NCBI GenBank assembly: GCA_026985525.1 | Contig: JALSQI010000002.1 | Coordinates: forward strand, 131-64,130 | DNA from: Archaeoglobaceae archaeon | GTDB lineage: Archaea > Halobacteriota > Archaeoglobi > Archaeoglobales > Archaeoglobaceae | Direction of reading: 5' to 3' | DNA: 64,000 nucleotides | Shown here: positions 35,472 through 44,722 of the stretch, piece after piece | Numbering within the stretch: the stretch's first letter is position 1 | Layout of the letters: every line of letters starts with the position of its first letter | Notes under the pieces: generated by a model | The model's input: the letters and a program-made list of their open reading frames with translations, nothing else | Told to the model about the DNA's origin: nothing | The model's database searches: none | Translations under genes and position numbers: made by a program

Positions 35472-36218
35472 TTACTCAACGTGCAGAACGGAATTAGCAA
35501 TTTCTGCGTACTCTTCAGGTTTTATCTCCTCAGCCCTCTTTTCACCGTACTTTTTTAATAAGCTCTCATCAACGTTCATTTTTCTCAAAACTTTAAGTAA
35601 CTTCTTTCTCCTTGCACAAAAACAAGTGGTAACTATTTTTTTCAAAATATCTATGTTTTTAACGCTAATTTCTGGCTTTGGTTCGAATAAAACTATTGCA
35701 GAATCAACTTTTGGTTCTGGAACGAAATTCTTTTTGCTAACAAACTCTACAATTCTTGGAGTTGAAAAAGCTCTTACCATTACGCTTAGCCTTCCGTACT
35801 TCCTACCAGAAGTGGCAACAATCCTTTCTGCAAATTCTTTCTGATACATTATTACTGATTTTTTTCTATAAGTTAAAACTTTAAAAGTAAGAGGAGAGGA
35901 AATCGAATACGGTATGTTTGACACGAACTTATCGAATTCTGGAAACTTAACTTTTAAAGCATCCCCACATATTAATTTAAATTTGTCAGAAGACAGATAA
36001 CTTTTAAACTTCTTTTTAAGCAAACTTACGAATCTCTCGTCTATTTCTACACCAGTAACTTTCTCTGCTTTTTCAAGCAAAAACTGAGTTAAAATTCCAG
36101 TACCACATCCTACTTCTAATACGTGGTCAGAACTTTGCACTTCAGCGTAATCTACCATTCTCTCTGCAATTTTTCTATTTTTTAAGATGTGCTGACCTCT
36201 ACACCTGTAAAGTTTCAT
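35472..36218 (-). CDS. ksgA: 16S rRNA (adenine-N6,N6)-dimethyltransferase KsgA/Dim1
   Basis: GQHILKN, SAM motif VLEVGCGTGILT and NIPYSISS motifs. Confidence 0.8.
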   Translation of the reverse strand: MKLYRCRGQHILKNRKIAERMVDYAEVQSSDHVLEVGCGTGILTQFLLEKAEKVTGVEIDERFVSLLKKKFKSYLSSDKFKLICGDALKVKFPEFDKFVSNIPYSISSPLTFKVLTYRKKSVIMYQKEFAERIVATSGRKYGRLSVMVRAFSTPRIVEFVSKKNFVPEPKVDSAIVLFEPKPEISVKNIDILKKIVTTCFCARRKKLLKVLRKMNVDESLLKKYGEKRAEEIKPEEYAEIANSVLHVE

Positions 36219-36835
36219 GTAAATAGTCTATACTTTACTTTTGGTGTTTTTAACTCGTAAATTATCCTACTCGCTATAAGCTTAGCTGGATGAGTAATTC
36301 TAACTCTACTAACTATATCGTCAAAACTTTTGAAGGGTTCTTTCTTTCTCTCCTCTATTATTGCCCACATAGTTTTTTTACCTATCCCCGGCAAAAGCTC
36401 GAGTTGGTGAAGCTTAGTAGTGATGGATTCGGCTTTGTTAAAGAACTCTACAAACCTCTCTTCGTTCTGCTTTATTATATGCTCTAAGACGTAGGGCAAT
36501 TCAGACTTCGCCGCTGGTGTCAACTCCTCATACCTCAACTTCCTCTTTATCTTGTTAACGACGTCTCTTTCTCCCTTACCTATGTAAAGTCTATCCATTA
36601 TTAGAGGCGATGCATCTTTTTTTATGCTAACTTCAAGTAAAGTAAAGTGATTTTCCCCAACTAACTGGGCAAGAGGCTCTCTTTTGTGAATTGGCCTTTT
36701 GTCTTCTGGATGACCGTACGGAAGGAAGTCTAAAACATATGCGTAATCTTCGAGCTTTTTTTCAATTTTCTTCTTAGCATCTCTGCTTTTTTCGAACCTC
36801 CTCGTTCTGTCCATCGCAACCCCTCTTTCATGCAA
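36215..36835 (-). CDS. DUF655-family HhH nucleic-acid-binding protein
   Basis: YAYVLDFLPYGHP N-terminal OB-like block and a C-terminal HhH (LELLPGIGKKT). It is the conserved archaeal neighbour of ksgA. Confidence 0.55.
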   Translation of the reverse strand: MHERGVAMDRTRRFEKSRDAKKKIEKKLEDYAYVLDFLPYGHPEDKRPIHKREPLAQLVGENHFTLLEVSIKKDASPLIMDRLYIGKGERDVVNKIKRKLRYEELTPAAKSELPYVLEHIIKQNEERFVEFFNKAESITTKLHQLELLPGIGKKTMWAIIEERKKEPFKSFDDIVSRVRITHPAKLIASRIIYELKTPKVKYRLFT

Positions 36836-36917
36836 GTGTATTAGCTCTATATAACTCCATCGCCACTTGCTGAAATTCCAGTAACGTTTATATAACTACT
36901 GTTAACCGAATTTTGTA

Positions 36918-38366
36918 ATGGTTAACAGAAAGATTCCAAGAACTATGAGCACTCAACATCCAGACAACGTCAACATACCTTTCTTCTCCGAATCCTCCAT
37001 TCTAAAAGGAGATGAAGAAGTAAGAGAGGCGTATTACGCGTACTCTCATCTTGGATGTGAAGAGCAGATGTGGGACTACGAAGGAAAAGACGTTGACGTT
37101 TACGTCGTTAAAAAACTGCTATCGAGGTATTCACAATTCTTTTTTGACAACATCCTTGGTAAAGACGTGTTTCTAACGTTCAGAATACCAAATCCATCAG
37201 TCGAAAGAGGAGAAGCAAAAATAGCACTCGAAGTGCTTGAAAGCATACCGAGAAGCTACGACTGTGCAGAAATCTTCTACGGTAAAGACACATCCCCAGT
37301 TTTCGAAGTAATACTCCCAATGACTTCATCACACTTTGAACTGGAAAGAATTTACCAGTACTACCTAAGATTCGTAGTCGGAAAAGCAAAGATGTTAGTG
37401 GCAGACATAACTGTGGAAGAGTGGACGGGAAAGTTCAAACCGGAAAAAATAGACGTAATACCGTTGTTTGAAGATAAGAATTACGTTCTAAACTGTGATT
37501 CTATTATAAAAAAATTTATATCAGATAAAGAATTAGACTATTTTAGAGTTTTTCTGGCAAAATCCGATTTAGCTATGAACTACGGAGGTTTTTCTTCGAA
37601 CGTTTACTTAAAAACTGCTCTTTACAAGTTAAAATTATTGGAAAAGGAAACAGGAATAGAAATTTATCCAATCGTAGGTTTCGGTTCACCACCTTTCAGA
37701 GGAAATTTAAGGCCTAACAACGCCAAAGAAATAGCAAAAGATTGGAGAGAGGTTTACACTTTAACAATTCAATCAGCGTTCAAGTACGACTATCCGGAAA
37801 AGAAAGTTGTAAAAGGGATAGAAGATATAAAGTTAATTAAGCCTTCTTTAAAGAGAGCAAAAGAAGCGGAAGAATTAGAAATAGCTAACCGCTATTCTGA
37901 GTGCTACAGAAAGAGCGTGGTAAAACTTGCAGACATAGTTAACGCAATGTCAGTACACGTTCCAAGAAGGAGAGCCAGAAAGCTTCACATCGGCTTATTT
38001 GGTTACTCAAGAGAAGTAAACGGAATATCTCTACCAAGAGCGATACCTTTCTGCTGTTCTCTCTACTCTCTTGGAATACCCCCAGAACTCATAGGCCTTG
38101 GTTTGCTTGAAGACAAATACTTGAGCGAATTACTCGAACTGTATAGAGATGAAGTAGAATTTGCGTTAAGATTTTTCAGTAAAAACGTTTGTGAAAAACT
38201 GGGTTTCAGTGAAATATTCGGGTGGAAAAAACTCAAAGAGTTTGGCTTTGAAGTCGATAACTTCGAATTAGCTGAAGAGATCTACGACGCTTTCAGGAAG
38301 AATAGAATAAATTTACTTTCAGAAAAAATACTGCAAAGTGCTAAGCTCAGAGGTTTTCTCGGTTAA
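36918..38366 (+). CDS. ppcA: archaeal-type phosphoenolpyruvate carboxylase
   Basis: N-terminal IPRTMSTQHPDN signature of PepcA. 482 aa. Confidence 0.75.
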   Translation: MVNRKIPRTMSTQHPDNVNIPFFSESSILKGDEEVREAYYAYSHLGCEEQMWDYEGKDVDVYVVKKLLSRYSQFFFDNILGKDVFLTFRIPNPSVERGEAKIALEVLESIPRSYDCAEIFYGKDTSPVFEVILPMTSSHFELERIYQYYLRFVVGKAKMLVADITVEEWTGKFKPEKIDVIPLFEDKNYVLNCDSIIKKFISDKELDYFRVFLAKSDLAMNYGGFSSNVYLKTALYKLKLLEKETGIEIYPIVGFGSPPFRGNLRPNNAKEIAKDWREVYTLTIQSAFKYDYPEKKVVKGIEDIKLIKPSLKRAKEAEELEIANRYSECYRKSVVKLADIVNAMSVHVPRRRARKLHIGLFGYSREVNGISLPRAIPFCCSLYSLGIPPELIGLGLLEDKYLSELLELYRDEVEFALRFFSKNVCEKLGFSEIFGWKKLKEFGFEVDNFELAEEIYDAFRKNRINLLSEKILQSAKLRGFLG

Positions 38367-39837
38367 AAAAGGAGCTTATTCCCGGCTCTATTTGAACTAC
38401 TACATCCGCAATTCTTCCCCTCGTTACACCGCCTCTAACGACGTCGTAGGAGTTGAAGTAAACGAGTTTTATGTCTTTAACGTCCTCTTCAACAGCTCCA
38501 TTCTTAAGTGCTAACTCTCTAAGCTTTTGCATAGTGAGTTCAATTAAATAGTCGTCGTCATCTCTTTCATCGTAATCTTCTACTACTCCGTTAAAAACAG
38601 CTCTCTTTTTCGCAGTATCAAACCTCGCGTAAAGGGATAAACTCATCCTCGATACGGCTACACCAATAGCGTTGACAGCTTCGCTGTGTTCTGGAACTGT
38701 ACACCTGATACCAACATCCTCTATGTAAGGAGCTATGTACTCAGCCAAATAACCCGTAACAACTACTTCCCTCTCTTCGTAGTGTTTTAACGCTTCTACA
38801 ATCATCGAAACGTAGTCTTCTATCGCTTTTTCTGCTATACCTTTCGAGTTACAAGCTTCTCTTGACATTCTGTAATTACCTATTTCACAACCACAGCAAT
38901 TAAGAGAATCGGTTAAAGTAAAGTATTTCCCGCCAAAAGCTATAGGACTATCCATTCTTTCCGGTTTTATGAAGCTATCAACAATTGAATCTCCACCAAA
39001 CGGTATTGAAAAAGACTCAACACACCTCACGAGCGTTTTTAAACCTGCTATCACCATGTTTTCGACTAAAACTGGTTTACCATTCTTCACTAAAACGAAG
39101 TCGGTAGTAGTACCGCCTATGTCAACAACGACTGCATTTTTAATTCCCGTCAAGTAAACAGCCCCTATTGCAACTGCAGCGGGACTGGAGTTGTAAAGTA
39201 AAGACGGATTTTTCAATGCAAAATCAATAGGAATGACTCCTCCATCTCCTTTGTAGAAAAAGAAAGTTTTAGAGTAGCTTTTTAGCACTTCTCTAAGCTT
39301 TACGATACACATCTTAGTTTTAGCGTTAAGAATTGTCGTGTTTATCCTTAAAGGATAATTTAAAGATAAACAATGGTAACTCAAACTAATCTTACTTTCG
39401 TCAAATTTATTTAATATAAAATTTTTAACCTTCTCTTCGAGGATTGGATTTCTGATAGAGAATTTACCTGCTATAGCAACATTATCATAATTAGAAAAAG
39501 ATATTTTCTCCAATTCTTTAACGTCCACATCCTCTAAGACATCTCCTCTATGATTTACACACCCTCTAAGGCAGTAACCTATACTACTGTAGTTCAATCC
39601 CGGACCCGGAATTAAAAGTACGAGAGTTGGAATTTTATGAAACCTGCTTATTATTTCGTTCAAAGGTAGAGACGTACTAACTACTACTTTCTCATCCTTA
39701 AGGTCAATTACAGACGAGATTTTTTTCAAAACAGCTTCTATACCCATCTCATTTGGTAGCTTGAAAGAGTGAATCTCTCCATCCCTAACTACTGCCGCAT
39801 CGGTATTCGTTCCACCTATATCTATTCCAACTACCAT
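38347..39837 (-). CDS. hydantoinase/oxoprolinase (ASKHA-fold) family protein
   Basis: VGIDIGGTNTDAAVV and a second phosphate motif VVDIGGTTTDFVL. 496 aa. Confidence 0.55.
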   Translation of the reverse strand: MVVGIDIGGTNTDAAVVRDGEIHSFKLPNEMGIEAVLKKISSVIDLKDEKVVVSTSLPLNEIISRFHKIPTLVLLIPGPGLNYSSIGYCLRGCVNHRGDVLEDVDVKELEKISFSNYDNVAIAGKFSIRNPILEEKVKNFILNKFDESKISLSYHCLSLNYPLRINTTILNAKTKMCIVKLREVLKSYSKTFFFYKGDGGVIPIDFALKNPSLLYNSSPAAVAIGAVYLTGIKNAVVVDIGGTTTDFVLVKNGKPVLVENMVIAGLKTLVRCVESFSIPFGGDSIVDSFIKPERMDSPIAFGGKYFTLTDSLNCCGCEIGNYRMSREACNSKGIAEKAIEDYVSMIVEALKHYEEREVVVTGYLAEYIAPYIEDVGIRCTVPEHSEAVNAIGVAVSRMSLSLYARFDTAKKRAVFNGVVEDYDERDDDDYLIELTMQKLRELALKNGAVEEDVKDIKLVYFNSYDVVRGGVTRGRIADVVVQIEPGISSFFNRENL

Positions 39838-39889
39838 TGTAAAACTATATACGCTCAGATATATAAATCAGTAGTGATTAATAAGGGAC

Positions 39890-40495
39890 GTGAAAAAAAT
39901 TTCCAAAAAATCACTCGCAATTGAATTAGAAAGACTTGAAGGCTTTAAAAATCCAAAACTTTTCTTAGAACAGTACTTAACCCCTCCCAGCTTAGCTGCA
40001 GAGATAGCTGTAAACGCCTCTTTATTAGACGACATAGACTTAGTTCTGGATTTGGGATGCGGCACTGGAATGCTAACAATAGCTTTCGAGCTTCTTGGAT
40101 TTAGGGGCGTTGGCGTGGACATAGATTTAGATGCCCTTAAAATTGCAAGATCGAACTCGAAAAGGGCGGGAGTCGATCCCGACTTCGTTCTGTGTGACGT
40201 AAAATTTTTCGAATCCAAAACGACTTTTACAGTAGTAATGAACCCTCCGTTCGGAATTCAGAAAAAACACGCTGACAGAATTTTTTTAAAGAAAGCCCTC
40301 GAACTTGGAGATGTTATCTACTCTATTCATTCCGCTGGAAGCGAGAAATTCGTTAAAAATATTTGTGAAAGAAGTGGGTTCAGAGTTACTCATTTATGGA
40401 GGTATCTAATACCCCTTAAGAAAACTTATGATTTCCACGAAAAAGAATTTAAGCGAATAGCTGTAGAAGTATTTAGGATAGAGAGAACGAGGTAA
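39890..40495 (+). CDS. METTL5-like N6-adenine RNA methyltransferase
   Basis: GTG start. LEQYLTPP, SAM motif VLDLGCGTGML and catalytic NPPFG. Confidence 0.6.
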   Translation: MKKISKKSLAIELERLEGFKNPKLFLEQYLTPPSLAAEIAVNASLLDDIDLVLDLGCGTGMLTIAFELLGFRGVGVDIDLDALKIARSNSKRAGVDPDFVLCDVKFFESKTTFTVVMNPPFGIQKKHADRIFLKKALELGDVIYSIHSAGSEKFVKNICERSGFRVTHLWRYLIPLKKTYDFHEKEFKRIAVEVFRIERTR

Positions 40496-40499
40496 GATA

Positions 40500-41051
40500 A
40501 TGGTAAAAAGCAAGTTTGTTATGCCGGGAGATAGAGTAGGTTATGCAGAAGAATTTCTTGCTGGTGAGGGAGTTTACGAGGAAAATGGAGAATTATTCGC
40601 AGCTGTCGCTGGAGAAACTGTTGTTGAGGATAGAGTTCTCAAAGTTAAACCTATCAAAGAGTTACCGAAAATCGTTAAAGGCGATGTCGTTCTCGGCAGA
40701 GTTGTTGACGTTAAGAATTCAATGGCGTTAGTGGAAATAGTGAGGAAGAAAGGTTTCGACAGAGAACTTATGCACACAGGAATTGCAACTCTACACATTT
40801 CGAATGTCCAGGACGGATATACAAAAGATTTGAGTAACTCCGTAGGCTACATGGACATAATAAAGGCAAGAGTCGTGGACGAAAACAGGCTGTCTCTTTC
40901 AACAAAAGAACCGGAAATGGGCGTTATACATTCTATATGCAGTGTTTGTAAAACACCAATGGTAAAAGAAGGAGATAAACTCAAATGTCCCAACTGCGGT
41001 AAAGTTGAACTTAAGAAAATATCTAAGGACTACGGAACTGGTGAGTGGTAA
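40500..41051 (+). CDS. csl4: exosome complex RNA-binding subunit Csl4
   Basis: PGD N-terminal domain, S1 domain (GDVVLGRVVDV) and a C-terminal zinc ribbon CSVC...CPNC. Confidence 0.75.
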   Translation: MVKSKFVMPGDRVGYAEEFLAGEGVYEENGELFAAVAGETVVEDRVLKVKPIKELPKIVKGDVVLGRVVDVKNSMALVEIVRKKGFDRELMHTGIATLHISNVQDGYTKDLSNSVGYMDIIKARVVDENRLSLSTKEPEMGVIHSICSVCKTPMVKEGDKLKCPNCGKVELKKISKDYGTGEW

Positions 41052-41081
41052 GCTTTTTAACCTTCAAAACAATCGCCAGCT

Positions 41082-41345
41082 ATGGAAGTAAAGATACTGG
41101 AAATGGGTGAAAACTACATAAAGCTCGTTGTCAAAGGAGAAGACCACACATTTCTAAACTTACTACAACACTACCTGTTAGAGGAGGAAGGCGTCGTTAT
41201 CGCCAAGTACAATATACCCCACCCCTTAGTCGGGGAGCCAGAACTGTACGTTAAAACAGATGGAATGAATCCGGTAGAAGTTATAAAAAAGGCAAACGAA
41301 AAAATTATAGAAATTTGCAAGGAGATAGAAGAAAAAATCAAGTAA
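41082..41345 (+). CDS. rpoL: DNA-directed RNA polymerase subunit L (Rpo11)
   Basis: 87 aa. GEDHTFLNLLQ and YNIPHPL motifs of RpoL. Confidence 0.75.
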   Translation: MEVKILEMGENYIKLVVKGEDHTFLNLLQHYLLEEEGVVIAKYNIPHPLVGEPELYVKTDGMNPVEVIKKANEKIIEICKEIEEKIK

Positions 41346-43995
41346 AGTTGACGACTATTGTTTTTCCTTGCTCAACATCTTTATCGCTTAAGGTTATCTT
41401 CTTTTCCACGTTTCCAGATTTTATTATGTACGGAGAGGGTTTAACTGGCCACTTCGTTTCCTGAGCGTATGGCACTATAAATTCGTAGTGTCCATTCTTA
41501 ACTTTGCACTTCTGCACATATATGAAAGACCTTCCCTGATTCGTTTTCACAGTACATTCAATAGTTACGTACTTACTGGACGCGTTACCTACTATTTTTG
41601 CACCTTTGACGAATTCGAATATTTTAACAAAGCCCGTAGTTGTAATGTTAACTTTTGGCATTCCAAGCTTAGAAGCGTAATAGTTATCGAAAAGACTGCG
41701 GTAAATCAGTTCTTCCAAACCCATCATTGAGTTCTTACTTACGGGTTTACTTTCGTAAATCATTCTGTAATGCTTTAAACCACATCCGTCCATTATGTGA
41801 AACCTCGCTTCCATAGTTCTGAAGTAGTTCTCACTCGGTAGTTGTATGGTGGAGAATATCTTAGCCCCCAATGGGACTTGTTCAGGATTTAAAGCGAGTC
41901 CAACCCTTCCATTGTATTGATATAGATATCCTATACCGGAGAAATACGTCATTCCTGCTTTTACAAGACTGCCTTCCGCCCACACAGCCATCGCGTAAAA
42001 CTTACCAGTAGCCATTTCTACATCGCTTATAACGAATTTAACGTTAAGTTTCTTCGCAATTGAATTAGCATAACTCTCGTTAAACGCTGTAAAGAACGGT
42101 GCCGCTCCGGGAACGTTATTATACTTATTACCTATACCCTGCTGGAAGGGATTTGCAATAGGCATTCTGTGTGCTATTGCCTCAATCCAGTGTCCGTAAT
42201 CCCACCAGCTCATAATTCCGTAAGTCGGATGAGGATATGGATAAGGCTTTGGATGTTTGACGTATCCCGGTTTGTAAAGCTCGTAAAAGAACTTATCGTA
42301 AAAGGACTTATAAGGCGTGTTGTTTCTCATCCAAGTCAGAGCGTGATACCACTGATAGTTTATTCCTCCTGCGTACTGGCTCTGAATGTAGGATTCTCCA
42401 AGAGTGGGTGTTATTAAGAATAGCGATGAAGCTACTAAAGCAACCAACGTTATTGCTGCAAGACTCTGCTTTTTAGAATTGAGACCAGAAATCACTTCTA
42501 CGAGGTTCAGTTCAACTTCTCTGTTCAAGTTTAACATTCCATCTATTGCTGCTGGAAGAGCTATTGCGAGGGCGTACGGGAATAAGTTTGCGTTTATTCT
42601 TATTATTATAAGAGCTAATACCCAGAGAGCTGTTACTGCGTAAAGCCTCGTGTTTAAACCCTCACTGTAATACCTAACATACGCTTTTAATAGGAATACC
42701 AAGAACGAAGCTGAGAGTATTGCTGTCACGGCACCGAAGTAGTAAGCAAACCTGTTCTGCCCGCAGAGAGCTATAAACATTATAGTTGCCCAAACGAGCA
42801 TTAACAGGTAAGTTTCCTTCTTTTCTCTGTAAATCCAGTAAAGCAGGCATAGATATCCGGGGATTGAGAAGAAGAAAGTTACTCCAAAGTTTAGCCACGC
42901 AGGAATTAAGCTAAACTGACCACCCATTGAAAAGAACGGTTGTATTTCTGCTACTGTCAAAGCCCCTCCTTTCGGGTGTATAACTCCAACAATGCTTAAC
43001 AGATCGTGAACGAAGCTCGGATTTATAGCAAAAGCGAGTCCTGCTATTGCGAGAAAAGTTACGGCTATTGCTAATGGCACGTATTGCTCTTGCAATCCCC
43101 TCTTTTTAAACAGTAAATCGATTGCGTAGAACGCTACCAAAACCAAAGCGAAGCCGAGAACTACCATGAGCTGAAATGGTGAGTAGTAAACAGTGCTAAA
43201 TCCGGGATACTTGAACGCAAAAGGTAAGTAAATCAAGCCAGCAGTCGCAAACATTACAGCTCCAGCTATCGCAGCGTTGTTCTTCTCAAACCACTTATAG
43301 CCAACGTAAAGGAGAAACACAAATAGCGTTATTATTGGAGCTAATATGAAGCCCGGAGCCCAAGTGTCTAAGTAACCGCCAAAAGCTAATCCAGCTATTA
43401 TCGGAGCTATAACCTTCTTGCTCTTCAAGTTTTCCATAGTCTCTCCGCCTTTCCACACGTTAAGAGAGCGAGCGTATAAGGCTAAGGAGAGCGTCATCCA
43501 GAAAGTTTCCCAGACGTGGTGGTCGTTAAAGCCGAGCAAACTCCTCGCTAACAACTGTCCCGGAACTATTACTACGAGAAAAGCGGCTAAAGCACCTGTT
43601 TTTTTGTCAAAAACTTCTTTTGCAAGTAGATAAGCTGGTATTGCTAACAAAGTACCTCCTATTGCAGGAATGAAAGCTATTACTGTCCTCACTTGATCAG
43701 GTGTGCGTGCTCCAGCGAGAATGGAAGCAATTGCACTTGTGTAAACGAGGAACGGGCCAAAGTGCGTGTAAGTCCCGTAGGGATAGTGAGTAAACGCATC
43801 AAACCATATTCTGTGCGGAAAGTTGTGTATGCAGTTTATTATAAGCCTGTAGTAATACCAGGGATCGTTACCTCCTAATAAAGTAGTCCACCTAAAAACT
43901 GCTTTCCATGGTCTCACTATTCTCAAGTACAGGCTAACAGCGAATGCAGCAGCTATGAATGCAAAATGCCAGTACTTTTCAAGCTTACTCTTCAT
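41338..43995 (-). CDS. aglB: oligosaccharyltransferase AglB (STT3 family)
   Basis: 885-aa polytopic protein with the WWDYGHW catalytic motif and an N-terminal GGNDPWYY block. Confidence 0.85.
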   Translation of the reverse strand: MKSKLEKYWHFAFIAAAFAVSLYLRIVRPWKAVFRWTTLLGGNDPWYYYRLIINCIHNFPHRIWFDAFTHYPYGTYTHFGPFLVYTSAIASILAGARTPDQVRTVIAFIPAIGGTLLAIPAYLLAKEVFDKKTGALAAFLVVIVPGQLLARSLLGFNDHHVWETFWMTLSLALYARSLNVWKGGETMENLKSKKVIAPIIAGLAFGGYLDTWAPGFILAPIITLFVFLLYVGYKWFEKNNAAIAGAVMFATAGLIYLPFAFKYPGFSTVYYSPFQLMVVLGFALVLVAFYAIDLLFKKRGLQEQYVPLAIAVTFLAIAGLAFAINPSFVHDLLSIVGVIHPKGGALTVAEIQPFFSMGGQFSLIPAWLNFGVTFFFSIPGYLCLLYWIYREKKETYLLMLVWATIMFIALCGQNRFAYYFGAVTAILSASFLVFLLKAYVRYYSEGLNTRLYAVTALWVLALIIIRINANLFPYALAIALPAAIDGMLNLNREVELNLVEVISGLNSKKQSLAAITLVALVASSLFLITPTLGESYIQSQYAGGINYQWYHALTWMRNNTPYKSFYDKFFYELYKPGYVKHPKPYPYPHPTYGIMSWWDYGHWIEAIAHRMPIANPFQQGIGNKYNNVPGAAPFFTAFNESYANSIAKKLNVKFVISDVEMATGKFYAMAVWAEGSLVKAGMTYFSGIGYLYQYNGRVGLALNPEQVPLGAKIFSTIQLPSENYFRTMEARFHIMDGCGLKHYRMIYESKPVSKNSMMGLEELIYRSLFDNYYASKLGMPKVNITTTGFVKIFEFVKGAKIVGNASSKYVTIECTVKTNQGRSFIYVQKCKVKNGHYEFIVPYAQETKWPVKPSPYIIKSGNVEKKITLSDKDVEQGKTIVVNFT

Positions 43996-44046
43996 CGCTA
44001 ATCCGGCTGTCAGAATTAATTTAAACTTTTCTTGCTGGAATCGAAC

Positions 44047-44112
44047 GTGATTGGAAACGTGATTAACAATGCGATTGAAATTTGATTATAAAATTTATTG
44101 AAATTATTGAAA
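44047..44112. repeat. cluster of short direct repeats upstream of aglB
   Basis: GTGATT/GCGATT/TTGATT cores occur at about 12-nt spacing (44047, 44059, 44071, 44082). Two TTATTGAAA copies follow, 9 nt apart. Confidence 0.4.
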
Positions 44113-44124
44113 TTCTTAATTTGA

Positions 44125-44706
44125 TCAAATCAATTTCTGGAGTATTAATCTGAGATATCCAACATAAGGTATCCTGTAAACTGCAACGCCAAGAATCCAG
44201 CTCGGTTTTACTGGCTTAGTTAACTCAGGCTCATCTGGAATGGGGTTGTGATCCCCTTGAGTTATATAGCCAGAACTGGTAGCTACTATCACTTTACCGA
44301 TCGACTTATTAGTCAGAATAAGCATGCCGTGGTAGTACCTCAACTCTTCAAGCTTACCGTTACTTCTGTTTATACCGACTATCGGCTGACCTTTATTAAC
44401 CCATGTTATAAGCCTGTGAATTATAGGCGTTCTACTTCTATCTCCGTTTGGATAGTACACCACTACATCACCGTAATCGCCAAATGACTTGTAGTCCTTT
44501 TTCTTGCCTTCAACCCAAGTTATGGGGTGCTTTTTTGCCGTCAAAATAACTACATCTCCTATGTTTAAGTGAGGAACCATACTTCCAGATTCGACTGCAA
44601 CCATAAATGGCCACACGCCCGTTAGTGCATAACCAACTCCGAGAACTACCGCAACAATAATTAGTGCAGAAGCGAAGTCTTTAACAATACCGGGTATATC
44701 GTCCAT
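44125..44706 (-). CDS. signal peptidase I, archaeal/ER type (S26B)
   Basis: TM anchor, then SGSMVPHLNIGD (Ser nucleophile), IIHRL (His) and TQGDHNP boxes. I chose the start at ATG 44706, because the longer ORF to 44880 would overlap the PolD gene. Confidence 0.7.
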   Translation of the reverse strand: MDDIPGIVKDFASALIIVAVVLGVGYALTGVWPFMVAVESGSMVPHLNIGDVVILTAKKHPITWVEGKKKDYKSFGDYGDVVVYYPNGDRSRTPIIHRLITWVNKGQPIVGINRSNGKLEELRYYHGMLILTNKSIGKVIVATSSGYITQGDHNPIPDEPELTKPVKPSWILGVAVYRIPYVGYLRLILQKLI

Positions 44707-44722
44707 GCCGGAGGAATAACCA

